This document shows positions 1-10,663 of a stretch of 64,000 nt of DNA, piece after piece (positions within the stretch are counted from its first letter, which is position 1; each line of letters begins with the position of its first letter). The position numbers and the translations under genes are program-made. This stretch comes from an uncultured Methanosarcinaceae archaeon (lineage in GTDB: Archaea; Halobacteriota; Methanosarcinia; Methanosarcinales; Methanosarcinaceae), in NCBI GenBank assembly GCA_963733675.1, contig CAVTET010000001.1, positions 864,001 to 928,000 on the forward strand, read 5' to 3'. Under the pieces are notes generated by a model. The model was not told where the DNA came from, made no database searches, and worked only from the letters and a program-made list of their open reading frames with translations.

Positions 1-265
1 TATAACAACACGGTTTTCGATTCATTATCTATCAAAAATTTTAAAACTAAAGGGTCGATATGCACTCTGCTTAATCCGCTTTTGTCGTGCCTGAGATTTT
101 TATACCTATGCGGCTCAATGCTGATCTGGCTTGTTTTTCTCAAAATATCGTCGTACAATTATCGATTTTTCTTATTTTGTTTGGAACTTCGGAAATGCAT
201 AGATTTCGACACAAAAACTGTGCATGAAAATTGAAAAATAGTGAAAATTTGGATAGATCTCAATT

Positions 266-571
266 TTAGGAGGAGCCGCCTTCTGGAGTACCTGGTGATC
301 TGCGACGATTTAATCTCTCATTTGTACCGGTATTAATGCCAGTGGGTGGCTCGCTAAACACAGGAATATCACCATCCCAATATACAGGAGTATCAGTGGT
401 AGTAATGTGACCAGGTATTTCTGTGTAATAGGTATAATAGTTACGGTAGGCCTCATCACCTTGTTTTATATGGTCTGCACTCGATAATACAGCTGTCAAA
501 GGCAAAACAAAAAGGCCTATCAGCAAAACAGCCAGTACCTTCTTCATTTTAATAGATGATTGCTTCAACAT
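266..571 (-). CDS. Small secreted protein (signal peptide + Tyr/Thr/Pro-rich tail)
   Basis: ORF 101 aa; basic N-region + hydrophobic H-region ending in LSSA; GGAG RBS upstream; N-terminus paralogous to the ORF at 3520-3693. Confidence 0.65.
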   Translation of the reverse strand: MLKQSSIKMKKVLAVLLIGLFVLPLTAVLSSADHIKQGDEAYRNYYTYYTEIPGHITTTDTPVYWDGDIPVFSEPPTGINTGTNERLNRRRSPGTPEGGSS

Positions 572-1582
572 TTATTTTACTCCTATTATTAAATTAACAA
601 GAAAATTTTTAGATTATGTTGTTGAATTATGTATATAATTTAGAAGAATTATTTTAAATTATTTATAAAAAATATAGTTCTAAACAAAAAGTCTTTCCAA
701 ATCGAATATTTTAACATTGAACAACTATTAAATATAAATTATGTATTATTATAATTTAGAAATAATAGTTGCATTTTCATTGCTCATTTTTCCAAAAAAG
801 TCAAAATCTGATGTAAGTTTATATTCATTTGTAGATATATTATAGACATTATATACTTCCATCTCTCTAAACCGTGAAGGATCAGAATCTACGATATATA
901 GATTTAGACCCAAAAACTCTGCATAATTAAAATATAGTGTCTTTTAAAGAAAAAAAATAGTATTTCTAGTAAACGGATATCTAACACATTCTCATTTGCA
1001 GTATGACGGAGCAGTTGGTATGGGTTCGAACTTTGAAAAAATAGATTATTATAGGACTCTAACTTCATAATAAATTAAATATTGATGTTACTGCTGACGA
1101 TGCACACATCAACAGTATTTACCCCATTCTGGGAAAACTATTTTTCTGTCCCCCAAATAGTGTTAGTTTTACTACTTTACATATTTTTTCATAATGTTCT
1201 CGGTATTCTAAGTATGATTGTAGTTTAGTTTAATTAGTTCCAAATGTTCAGGAGCCCTAGATGTTCTATGAGTCCCATAAGCTTCGGGAGTCATAAAGCA
1301 GTAACCCTTTCTTATTTCAAATGGAGCTAGGAAATTTCGAGATTTTAAGATAAACATTGTGCATAAGATTATGCCATTTTAAAAATATTGCTTTAAAGTG
1401 TAGATCGATAAGAATTTCAATAAACCGATTTTTTAATGAACAATTTATATATTATTCATAGTATATAACTAATTTATGGGTTCATAGTAATCTGCTATAT
1501 AATCTATTACAATAACTCATGGGCATAACTAAGAATCTATAGATTTTAAAATATGAAAAATTGAATAAATGGAGTAATCTAA

Positions 1583-2113
1583 TTGAATAAAGAACATTTA
1601 CCATATTTTGCTGCAATTCTTATTCTACTTCCGATGTTCTCACTGATCGTTGTAGGAGCCGAAAATAATGATCAAGATAATTCTCTTGAATACCAGAATG
1701 TAACTGTCACTGAAGCTTATAATATGGTTACAAGCACCGCTTTGGTTTCAAGCGATGAAGTATTTATTCTGGATGTTCGTACTCCTGCAGAATATAATTA
1801 TACACATATTAAAGGAGCAAATTTGATACCATTGAAAAACGTGCCTTTACATGATCCTGTTAATCTATCAGATGATGGATTGTTGGCGTGGCATATCAAA
1901 AATAATAAAGATTTGCCAAAAAACAAAGATGCAAAAATACTTGTTTACTGCTTTAGTGGAAACAGAAGTTCTGTTGCAAGTCAAATGTTGGTACAGTCAG
2001 GTTACAAAAGAGTCTATAATATGCAAAGCGGTATCATAGAATGGGTAAATGCAAGGTATCCAATTGTAGTTGACCCTATATTTTGGATAATTAATTATCC
2101 AAAGGTAGTGTAA
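1583..2113 (+). CDS. Exported rhodanese-like domain protein
   Basis: ILDVRTPAEY..HIKGA and VYCFSGNRS active-site loop; N-terminal signal/TM; GGAG RBS before TTG start. Confidence 0.85.
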   Translation: MNKEHLPYFAAILILLPMFSLIVVGAENNDQDNSLEYQNVTVTEAYNMVTSTALVSSDEVFILDVRTPAEYNYTHIKGANLIPLKNVPLHDPVNLSDDGLLAWHIKNNKDLPKNKDAKILVYCFSGNRSSVASQMLVQSGYKRVYNMQSGIIEWVNARYPIVVDPIFWIINYPKVV

Positions 2114-2210
2114 TAAAGTATTGATAGTTGCTTAAGCTATAATTTCCAGGACAGATTTTTGGCAGCTCATTTAATTAATTTGTTGAGCTGATCACAAAAC
2201 AATTGGGCAT

Positions 2211-2397
2211 TGTACCTAAAGTTCTGCAAATTTTTATTGGCTCTATTTCTTTTTCTTTCCCTTATCACAAAAATTTAGTTCTGTATCAACCAATTTTCTG
2301 TTATTACAAAAAATAGGATTTACGTTTTTACTGATGTAGAAGTTTTCATACAAAACCTAACCATCTTAGAGTTAAGATAATTCAAACTTTTGGACCA
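2211..2397. mobile_element. MITE-like element, family A (copy 1)
   Basis: Ends TGTACCTAAAGTT...AACTTTTGGACC (imperfect TIR); shares CAAAAAATAGGATTTA and both ends with 9373-9539; partial copies near 4076 and 3172. Confidence 0.5.
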
Positions 2398-2424
2398 AAA
2401 CTATACAGCTGTTCAACCATTTTA

Positions 2425-2976
2425 TCATGGATGCTCTAATCTATGTATCGCTTTCAATGCGATTGTGTCGTTAGGGTTAAGTTTCATTGCTTTATTGTAA
2501 GCAAAGATTGCTACCGCCTTATCGCCTTTAGCTTCGGCAATGATTCCCTTTACACCCCAACCAACGGAATCGTTTGGATTAAGCACCAGGCCTTTATCTA
2601 CATAACTTTCTGCGTCTGTATATTTACCTTGTATATACAACCCCAAGCCTTTCGAGATGTAGTAATCTGAATAATTCGGGTTTAATAAAAGTGCCTGGTC
2701 AAATGCTGAGTTGGCTTCTTTTGTTTTAAATTCTTGAGTTAAAGTCAGTCCTTTAAAATACCACGCTTCGGCATCTTGCGGATCTAAGCTAATTGCTCTA
2801 TTAAAATTTGATATAGCATCATCATATTGTTTGGAGTTAGCTATACTAATTCCTTTTGTGACAAGAGCGTGGGATTCCATTGATGCAGATACGATGCCTG
2901 CTAGTATCAAAAGAGCTAGGGTAGTTATTCCATAAATGTTGAGCTTTCTATTTACCAAAAAACCACCAAATTTCAT
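2425..2976 (-). CDS. Exported tetratricopeptide-repeat protein
   Basis: Signal/TM segment followed by ~4 TPR units (AISLDPQDAEAWYFKG, ALLLNPNY, LVLNPND, AMKLNPND). Confidence 0.85.
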   Translation of the reverse strand: MKFGGFLVNRKLNIYGITTLALLILAGIVSASMESHALVTKGISIANSKQYDDAISNFNRAISLDPQDAEAWYFKGLTLTQEFKTKEANSAFDQALLLNPNYSDYYISKGLGLYIQGKYTDAESYVDKGLVLNPNDSVGWGVKGIIAEAKGDKAVAIFAYNKAMKLNPNDTIALKAIHRLEHP

Positions 2977-3253
2977 TTTTAAATAGATTTCTCACGACCA
3001 TCAACTATGATATTAATATCTAATAGAATCTATGATGCTACCAATGATAATACCAATGGTAATAAGAAACAGGGTAATAATTGTGATGATCATCTTGCTT
3101 CCAATAACCAGTGCTGGCAGCTGTTGTTGTCTTATAGAATAATAACACTAAAGCCACAAAAACAAGATCTATCGTTTTTGATGATACGGACGTTTTCATA
3201 CAAAAGTTGTGTATAAATAAAAATCTAAAAACAGAAGTTTTGTAATTAAAAAT

Positions 3254-3302
3254 ATTGGCTCTGGATCATGTTTATTATGAAGTAAAGTGATCCAGAGCCA
3301 AT
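3254..3302. terminator. 15-bp inverted repeat hairpin downstream of a small peptide gene
   Basis: ATTGGCTCTGGATCA...TGATCCAGAGCCAAT perfect arms, 19-nt loop. Confidence 0.5.
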
Positions 3303-3417
3303 TAGAATTTAAATATTTTTAGATACATTGTAATAAGAGCAGAGCTGACTTTAAAACTTGAATCTATTACAGGTATCTATACTAACTGGTTAGCATCTCC
3401 ATACGTATTTGTTACCG

Positions 3418-3693
3418 ATCAACAATCAGTCACAGCTTTGGTAGTACTGGCCATGATACCAATGGGGATGCGAATGGTCCCAACCCCAGTAGCATGTACA
3501 CCAATCGCTCCACGACCAACTACTTCTCCACGACACTTTTCTTTCCACGACCAGCATTTCCATGGTCACCCCGGTCACCACGGCTGCCACGCTCTGCATC
3601 ATTAGCTGCTACTGCTGCTATAGATGCAACAAAAAGGACTACTAGCAAAATAGCCAGTACTTTTTTAATTCTACTGGATGATTGTTTCAACAT
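3418..3693 (-). pseudogene. Small secreted Gly/Arg-rich peptide, probably frameshifted (57-aa ORF 3520-3693)
   Basis: MLKQSSSRIKKVLAILLVVLFVASIAAVAA-NDAERGSRGDRGDHGNAGRGKKSVVEK-TAG; adding one base restores further GRG repeats through ~3418; paralog of 266-571. Confidence 0.55.
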
Positions 3694-3908
3694 TTGTTTA
3701 CACTCTATTTTATTAAGTTAGATACAATTTTAATTCGATTAGGACTTATGTAGTTAAATTAATGGTAGCCAGTGCATGCCGCTACGGGTGTGAGCTTCGG
3801 CTGCTACTGCTGTCAACGATACTACATAAAAAAACTGCAAACAATACAATAATATAATGTACTGTTTTTTCTAAATTTAATTTACCATTTTCGATCTTCA
3901 CAGCCCCT

Positions 3909-4003
3909 ATGCTTCTATTTAAAGGAATTAGATAGCATATTACTATCTTTGGTTTTCTTTTTATTCTATTGTATCATTAGAAAGGATTTTTTGCAACGGA
4001 ACC
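3909..4003 (-). mobile_element. IS6-family left-end fragment
   Basis: Reverse complement begins GGTTCCGTTGCAAAAAATCCTTTCTAATG and is nearly identical to 6481-6565; contains the first codons of the transposase (MLSNSFK-TAG-KH). Confidence 0.85.
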
Positions 4004-4126
4004 AAATATTGTACGTAAGATCATATTACAACTTACAATTTCCGGCAAATTTTCAACACTATCAAAGTTATCAGTGTACTGAAAGTTCTGTAAAATTTAA
4101 TTAAACTCTATGCTATTGCTATCGAT

Positions 4127-4660
4127 TTATGGCTCGCAATTATTATTAGCCTGATTTACACATGAAGGAATCCACACTCCATCATCTGTTATCATAATAT
4201 CTGAAGTTCCAATGAAAATAGAGTTATGCATGTTCACACCGTTTATGGTCTTTCGGAGCACATCGTCTATTGTCACTTCCCTATCACTTATGTGGATTTT
4301 CTTGCCTTCCGCATAAAAAATTCCATTCACTGCAATGTATCCATCTTCTGTAATTCTAGCATTGAAAATAACAGTATTATCTTTTTTTCTTGTCAGTGTA
4401 AAGCCATTTCCTTTCTCTATTTCCCCTCGTACATCAAATTTCTCATCAACTTGAATTAACTCGTTATTGTTGATTTTTGCTATGAGATCTGAGTTTTCAT
4501 CTCTGATTTCGGTTGTTAGAATCAAATCGTCGTCGCTTTTTTCCAAAGTAAACAATTGTATCTTGTTTCCAGTGTTCTTATTCGCTTGATATGACAATGT
4601 ATACACTTGATCTGCATAAATGTTTGATCCAAGAATCAGCATATATTCATCTTTAGTCAT
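4127..4660 (-). CDS. Hypothetical protein (beta-rich)
   Basis: 177-aa ORF with AGGTGG RBS; likely co-transcribed with 4717-5298. Confidence 0.7.
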   Translation of the reverse strand: MTKDEYMLILGSNIYADQVYTLSYQANKNTGNKIQLFTLEKSDDDLILTTEIRDENSDLIAKINNNELIQVDEKFDVRGEIEKGNGFTLTRKKDNTVIFNARITEDGYIAVNGIFYAEGKKIHISDREVTIDDVLRKTINGVNMHNSIFIGTSDIMITDDGVWIPSCVNQANNNCEP

Positions 4661-4716
4661 ATGATTCCACCTGTGGGGTTTTATGCTTCAAGTGCATAAG
4701 TCCTCTATTAATTTCT

Positions 4717-5298
4717 TTAATCTTCTTCACATCCTTCACATTCTTCGCAAACTTCCCTCCCGTATACGAATCTTCCGTCTGTTTCAGCGATTATTTTTCT
4801 GACCTCATTTGCATCTATTCTATAATTTTCCTTATTGGATTCAAGATTCTTATTTACTGCCTTAATGTACAGCGTTGTGAACATGTCTGCGTCATCAAAA
4901 TCATCAAAATTCTGTACAAAAATAAGTATATCGTTTGCTGTTTTTTGTTCAAATGCTTTTTTCGTTGTTGTTGTTACTTTTTCTATTGTAACAGTAGATT
5001 TTTCTTTCCTGATCATCTGCTCTTCACGCCATTTTTCGATCGCTTTCCAGATGGGTAGAGGATCAATGCCGTTGTTTTTGATGTAATCTTCTCGAGTATA
5101 CTCGTGCATATTGCCGTCTACGAAGAGTAATTTAGCTTGGTCTGCCATCACCCTCGTTCCTGTAGGTATCATTGCCGGATTAGCACAGATTTCTGTACAG
5201 TGAAGAAAATCTTCTTCTCCACCTCTTTGGTCTATCTCGAGTGGCTTTCCACAACTTGGGCATATCCCGATCATTATCTGTTCTTCTTTATTATTCAC
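4717..5298 (-). CDS. Hypothetical Cys-rich protein (N-terminal zinc-ribbon-like CPSC...HC..C, C-terminal CEECEGC)
   Basis: 193-aa ORF, GGAGG RBS, GTG start. Confidence 0.7.
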   Translation of the reverse strand: MNNKEEQIMIGICPSCGKPLEIDQRGGEEDFLHCTEICANPAMIPTGTRVMADQAKLLFVDGNMHEYTREDYIKNNGIDPLPIWKAIEKWREEQMIRKEKSTVTIEKVTTTTKKAFEQKTANDILIFVQNFDDFDDADMFTTLYIKAVNKNLESNKENYRIDANEVRKIIAETDGRFVYGREVCEECEGCEED

Positions 5299-5419
5299 GC
5301 TTTTCCTCCTATGTTTATAAAAATTTCAATCCATTAAAATCGTGAGAAAGAGATGTGGGCATTATTGTTGCTTTGAACTCGTTTAATTTTTCGGATGCTT
5401 AGTCTTCAGGCCATTTCGT

Positions 5420-5570
5420 TGTTCAGTTGCAAAAAATCTAGCTTTCTTGCAAAATCAGAAAAAAACCTTAACAATTAGGAAAGGTAATCATTTTCATTAG
5501 AAAGAAAATGACACATAAAGGTGAAACTTATAGTGTCAAATTGCAGAAATAATATTTTTGCAACGGGATC
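5420..5570. mobile_element. IS6-derived ~150-bp MITE (copy 1)
   Basis: Near-identical to 6331-6480 with slightly decayed TIRs. Confidence 0.85.
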
Positions 5571-5609
5571 GTATTTCTTTTGTAAAGAATGTTTTCTTCA
5601 ATTACCATA

Positions 5610-5909
5610 TTATTCGATTTTCACATCTATCAATTTTTCAAAAGGCTCTTGATAAGGTACTGTGACTTTAAGCACACCATTTGAGTATTTAGCAACTGCT
5701 TTTTCTGGGTTTACAGGACAGCATATCGAATAGCTATCTAGATACTGAACTCCTTCTTTACTAGCAGCTATATAAAAACTGTCTTCAGTAAGCTTAAAAG
5801 AAATATCTTTCTTTTCGACCCCTGGAAGAACTACCTCAATTAGATAATTTTCGTAATTGTCGTCAGGATATGCACATACGACTGGTGATAGTCTCAAGGT
5901 TTCCGCCAT
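5610..5909 (-). CDS. Small heat-shock protein (Hsp20/alpha-crystallin)
   Basis: LPGVEKKDI and AKYSNGVLKVTVP motifs. Confidence 0.9.
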   Translation of the reverse strand: MAETLRLSPVVCAYPDDNYENYLIEVVLPGVEKKDISFKLTEDSFYIAASKEGVQYLDSYSICCPVNPEKAVAKYSNGVLKVTVPYQEPFEKLIDVKIE

Positions 5910-6330
5910 TTTATTACCCCAAAATAGTTATACATTATTAAGAAATCAATTAATGTTACATTGCTTATTTCAGTTTAGGTTATATCTTTGATTACAATTA
6001 ATCTTTTATTTATTTTAAATTAATTATACAAAAAATAATTTCTGAATAAAAATTATGTTCCCATAAAATATTTCAATCTAAAACAATAACTTTATATTAA
6101 TTATGTTTTTAATTCTACTAGGAGATTTTTATAAATTTTAACACTGATTTTTTCTTAAAAAAGCATTCGAGATTAATCTTGTTCATCTTAAATCAAATAT
6201 CTGCTTTTAAAAGGTTGATAAAATTCGTTATCAGTACCCTAATGCTAGATTAAAAATTTTAAATGTATAGTCCTATCCTTAGGTCATAGAACAACTCTAA
6301 AAAATGATCTAATCCCCATTTACGTGAAAT

Positions 6331-6480
6331 GGTTCCGTTGCAAAAAATCTGGCTCCCTTGCAAAATCAAAAAAAACCTTAACAATTAGGAAAGTTAATCA
6401 TTTTCATTAGAAAGAAAATGACACATAAAGGTGAAAATTATAGTGTTAAGTTGCAGAAATAATATTTTTGCAACGGAACC
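6331..6480. mobile_element. IS6-derived 150-bp MITE (copy 2)
   Basis: Perfect 16-bp TIRs GGTTCCGTTGCAAAAA / TTTTTGCAACGGAACC, same as the IS6 ends. Confidence 0.9.
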
Positions 6481-7318
6481 AAAAATCCTTTCTAATGATA
6501 CAATAGAATAAAAAGAAAACCAAAGATAGTAACATATTATCTAATTCCTTTAAATAGAAGCATTATGAAGGAGAAATTATCTTATTAAATATAAGATGTA
6601 CTTAAAATACCCATTGAGCTATAGAAATTTAAAGGAAATGATGATAGAAAGAGGAATTCAAGTTGATCACAGTACTATGAGATGGGTGCATCAATATTCC
6701 CCTAAAATAGAAAAGAAGATCAGAAAACATTTAAGACTAACAAACTATTCGTGGAGAGTTGATGAAACCTATATCCAAGTAAAAGGTAAATGGAAATATT
6801 TTTATCGAGCAGTTGACTCAAATGGAGATACAATTGATTTCATGTTAAGTGCAAAACGAAGTCGAAATGCAGCGAAGAGATTCTTTAAGAAAGCTTTGAG
6901 TTCTAATCATAATCAAATTCCAAGAGTAATAACAGTTGATAAGAATCAAGTTTATCCATCTGCTATAGATGAACTAAAAATTGATAAAATACTACCTAAA
7001 AACGTAGGCATTCGACCAATCAAGTATTTGAATAACATTATAGAACAAGATCATAGATCTATAAAGCGAATCGTTAATCCAATGTTAGGATTTCAGTTTT
7101 TTCGATCTGCTAATAAAACTTTAAAAATAATTGAAGCTATGAATATGATCAAAAAAGGACAGGTCAATAATCTAAATTACTCTGTTCTTAATGAAGTCAA
7201 ATACATTAATCAATTATTTGGTATAGTTTTATAATGTTAGTACATTTTTCTTGAATATTTTGATTTTATTCATTACTTATAGATTTACATATTTTTTTGA
7301 ATTTTTTGCAACGGAACC
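6481..7318 (+). mobile_element. IS6-family insertion sequence (outermost left TIR bases replaced by the abutting MITE)
   Basis: Right TIR TTTTTGCAACGGAACC ends at 7318; contains DDE transposase. Confidence 0.9.
6596..7234 (+). pseudogene. IS6-family DDE transposase with disrupted N-terminus
   Basis: WRVDETY, RAVDS, ITVDK, YLNNIIEQDHR motifs; upstream N-terminal part has ATA in place of ATG, TAG at 6555-6557 and a frameshift at ~6597. Confidence 0.85.
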
Positions 7319-7762
7319 CTTGCTTTAGTGTCTGGATTTGCGAAAGGTATGCATAGCGGATATTTTATAAGAGATTGGGCTTGTTGTTGTCCAATTTGAA
7401 AGAGAGTAGATGGAAGGGAAAATGAGTAAAACTCTTCTACGACATTTGTTATTTTGTTTTAGAAATCTGAAACTTTCCACATGCTTGCATTATAGATAAA
7501 GAATTCCACCACTATAGGGAACTCCACCATCATCTGTTCGATTAATAGATTTCAGATCTTCTTATTTTTCTATATCTTTTGGATAGACATATGAATGTAT
7601 GATAACTTTATATTTGATATTTTTTTAGTTTTTTCATATTTTATTCTATGAAACATGAAAATTGTATCACTCATCTTATTTCGAGTTAAAAATTATTTTA
7701 ATTTATATTAGTTTCTGAGTTCTTAATCACTGCATAGTATGATGTATCAACTAAATATAATC

Positions 7763-7979
<217 letters not shown>

Positions 7980-8329
7980 TATGTCTAGATTACTCTGGAA
8001 AAAAACGCACATAATAAACAGTAAAGAAAACTTTTCTGATTCTGGATGAATCTTGGGAAATTCAGAGATGTTCTCACAAAAACGATGCATGATTACGGTA
8101 GGGTATCAGTATGGTTATAGTGTTTATAGTAAATCAACATCAAGCACCTTCAATGATTGATCAACTCAACATTTTGATTTCTTACTGAACTAAATGAATT
8201 TAATGTGTTACGTGGTTGAACTGCAAAACAGGAGTATTAAGAACTTAACTATCTAAATCCCAATTACATTCTAAAGATGTACAAATTACATAAATTACTT
8301 ATCTAATGTTGGTAAACCTTTCCTTAAAA

Positions 8330-8386
8330 GGTGATGACGTCCGCCTAGACACTGAAGTCTAAACCGCTGATGCTAATGACTTCTAC
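8330..8386 (+). ncRNA. Fluoride riboswitch (crcB motif)
   Basis: GGTGATGACGTCCGCC...AAACCGC...GCTAATGACTTCTAC matches the crcB-motif consensus; lies 21 nt upstream of crcB. Confidence 0.88.
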
Positions 8387-8407
8387 ATAATAATCGAGGC
8401 GTTTTAC

Positions 8408-8806
8408 TTGTACACATTTCTATTAGTAGGTATCGGCGGTTTCATAGGCTCTATCTTGAGATATACTTTAGGTGGATGGATACAGAACAATTTTGTTAAT
8501 TTCCCGGTTGGAACTTTGGTTGTAAACGTTAGTGGTAGTTTCTTGTTGGGTTTAATAATGTACCTTTCTGAATATCAAGGATTTTTTGGTGAAGAAACCA
8601 GGATATTTCTGACAATTGGATTAATCGGTGGTTATACAACATTATCAACATTTAGTTATGAGTCATTCAGATTACTCGATGGTTCAAAACTAACACTGAT
8701 GACAGCATATTTAATGGCTACAGTATTATTTTCCATGTCTGCAGTATATTTAGGGAAAATTGTAGCTTTGAACGTTGGCACTTATCTATTGAGGGAAATT
8801 AGATGA
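8408..8806 (+). CDS. crcB: Fluoride efflux channel Fluc/CrcB
   Basis: GGFIGSILRY, FPVGTLVVN, GLIGGYTTLSTFSYE motifs. Confidence 0.95.
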   Translation: MYTFLLVGIGGFIGSILRYTLGGWIQNNFVNFPVGTLVVNVSGSFLLGLIMYLSEYQGFFGEETRIFLTIGLIGGYTTLSTFSYESFRLLDGSKLTLMTAYLMATVLFSMSAVYLGKIVALNVGTYLLREIR

Positions 8807-9144
8807 AAAAGGAATCTCAGGCTATATTATTGAGAATATCCATTGGAGAGTCTGATAGATATAAAGGTAAGTTGTTGTATATGCATATATTTGAGATGCT
8901 TATAAATTAACAGATAGCAGGAGCAACTATTTTTAGAGGAATTGAAAGTTTTGGAAAACATAGACATGTTCATACAACTTCTATATTGCAATTATCTACT
9001 GACTTGCCAATACTTATTGAAATAGCGGAAATCGAAGAAAAGATTGATAAGATCAAACCGAAATTAGATGAAATTATTCCCCAAGGGTTGATTACAGAAG
9101 AAAAAATTAAAATTGTATTTCATGACTATGACAACGAGAAATGA
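8803..9144 (+). pseudogene. DUF190 (PII-like) protein with in-frame TAA at codon 36
   Basis: LLRISIGESDRYKGKLLY...*QIAGATIFRGIESFG...LSTDLPILIEI; ATG overlaps the crcB stop; stop at 8908-8910. Confidence 0.85.
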
Positions 9145-9372
9145 AAGATATTCATACTATGTTCTTGCATTATTATCCAGTTGACATTCTATCTTCAGAT
9201 GTATTTTGTTCAAATGAGCTCCATTTTTGGCTATGTTTTCGATAACTAAATAATGCCACAATCTATAGGAATATACAAATTTCATCGATTACATTCCTAG
9301 TAAATGTAAAATAAATTTAAGAAAAATAGTAAGATTTTATAAGCACTATGCTATCAATTTTTAATTTAGGTA

Positions 9373-9539
9373 GTATACTTAAAGTTTTGTAAATTCTTAT
9401 TGACTCTATGCTCTTCTTTTTGCAACAAAAAATAGGATTTATCGTGTTTACTGGTGCACGTGTTTTATATCAAATCTGTTCATCGTTGTTTTTGGATAGT
9501 TATCCTCTACATTATAAGGACTTACCAACTTTGGACACA
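9373..9539. mobile_element. MITE-like element, family A (copy 2)
   Basis: Similar to 2211-2397 at both ends and internally. Confidence 0.5.
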
Positions 9540-10005
9540 ATATCAAAAATACTCGAGTTTGTAGTTAAGGTTTCATGTTAGGCTATTGAAGGTTTAATGA
9601 CATTGATTTATTAGTTGAGTAAGTTTGACTCTTTTAAATATTTTCTTATTTGACTATATTTAATCATGCTTATTCAACCTTCCTAAAATCAGTTAATTGG
9701 GATTAATTTTGAAATGATAGATAGGTGGTTCTTTAGAAAAACTGCTTAAATCAGCCGGAGATATCCTAAATAAATAAGTAAAGATATCTCAGGCTATTAA
9801 GGCCAAATTAATTTGAATTAAATTAAGGATTTCTATAGAATCCAAATTCCTGTCATATCTATAATTACTGGAAACAGTGAGTGAAAGAATATCTTTACCT
9901 TTTCTTCAAATGTAAGGGTAATACTCATTTTGTAAGAATTTATCGATAACTTAAGGATGCTACCCAAATTACTTGTTGGATACAAATGGAAATGAATATA
10001 ATTCA

Positions 10006-10344
10006 TCAGCGTGGGATATAAAACATGATAAAAACCCCTGCTAGAGCAATCAAAGCCCCTATTATTTCATATTTATCAGGTCTCTTCTTATCGACAAATG
10101 CGCCCCATATAAGAGATGACACAATGAAGATTCCTCCGTATGCAGCATAGACCCTACCAAAATGCGCAGGCTGGAATGTTGGAATTATTCCGTAGACAGC
10201 TAATGTTAAACCTCCAAGGAGCCCATAGGTTATTCCTTTATTTTCCCTTAACCACAACCAGACTAGATAACCTCCTCCTATTTCGAATAAAGCAGCCAGA
10301 AAGAACAGAACAAGAGAAATTCCCAAATCAATCATTTGAATCAT
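10006..10344 (-). CDS. YnfA-family (SMR-like) membrane protein
   Basis: AALFEIGGGYLVWLWLRE, FGRVYAAYGGIFI motifs. Confidence 0.9.
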   Translation of the reverse strand: MIQMIDLGISLVLFFLAALFEIGGGYLVWLWLRENKGITYGLLGGLTLAVYGIIPTFQPAHFGRVYAAYGGIFIVSSLIWGAFVDKKRPDKYEIIGALIALAGVFIMFYIPR

Positions 10345-10663
10345 CTTTCCTTGGCCAGTAATATATAATTGAGACTCCTATGAGAATAATCAGGGCGCCT
10401 ATGAGATCATACGCATCCGGTAAGGTTTTCTCAAATACCCAGCCCCATAAAATGGACATAACAACAAAAATGCCCCCATAAGTTGCATATATTCTGTGAA
10501 AATACGAAGGTTGGAAGGTAGGTACGATCCCGTACAGAAACAAAATGACTGCTCCTAAAAATGCAAATGTAAGTCCTCTTCCTTCCCGCAACCATAACCA
10601 GATAAAGTATCCTCCGCCAATTTCAAAAATGCCTGCAAGGATGAACAGAAGAATTGTGTACAT
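10328..10663 (-). CDS. YnfA-family (SMR-like) membrane protein, second paralog
   Basis: AGIFEIGGGYFIWLWLRE, FHRIYATYGGIFV; start placed at ATG 10663 by alignment with the neighbour. Confidence 0.85.
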   Translation of the reverse strand: MYTILLFILAGIFEIGGGYFIWLWLREGRGLTFAFLGAVILFLYGIVPTFQPSYFHRIYATYGGIFVVMSILWGWVFEKTLPDAYDLIGALIILIGVSIIYYWPRKDDSND

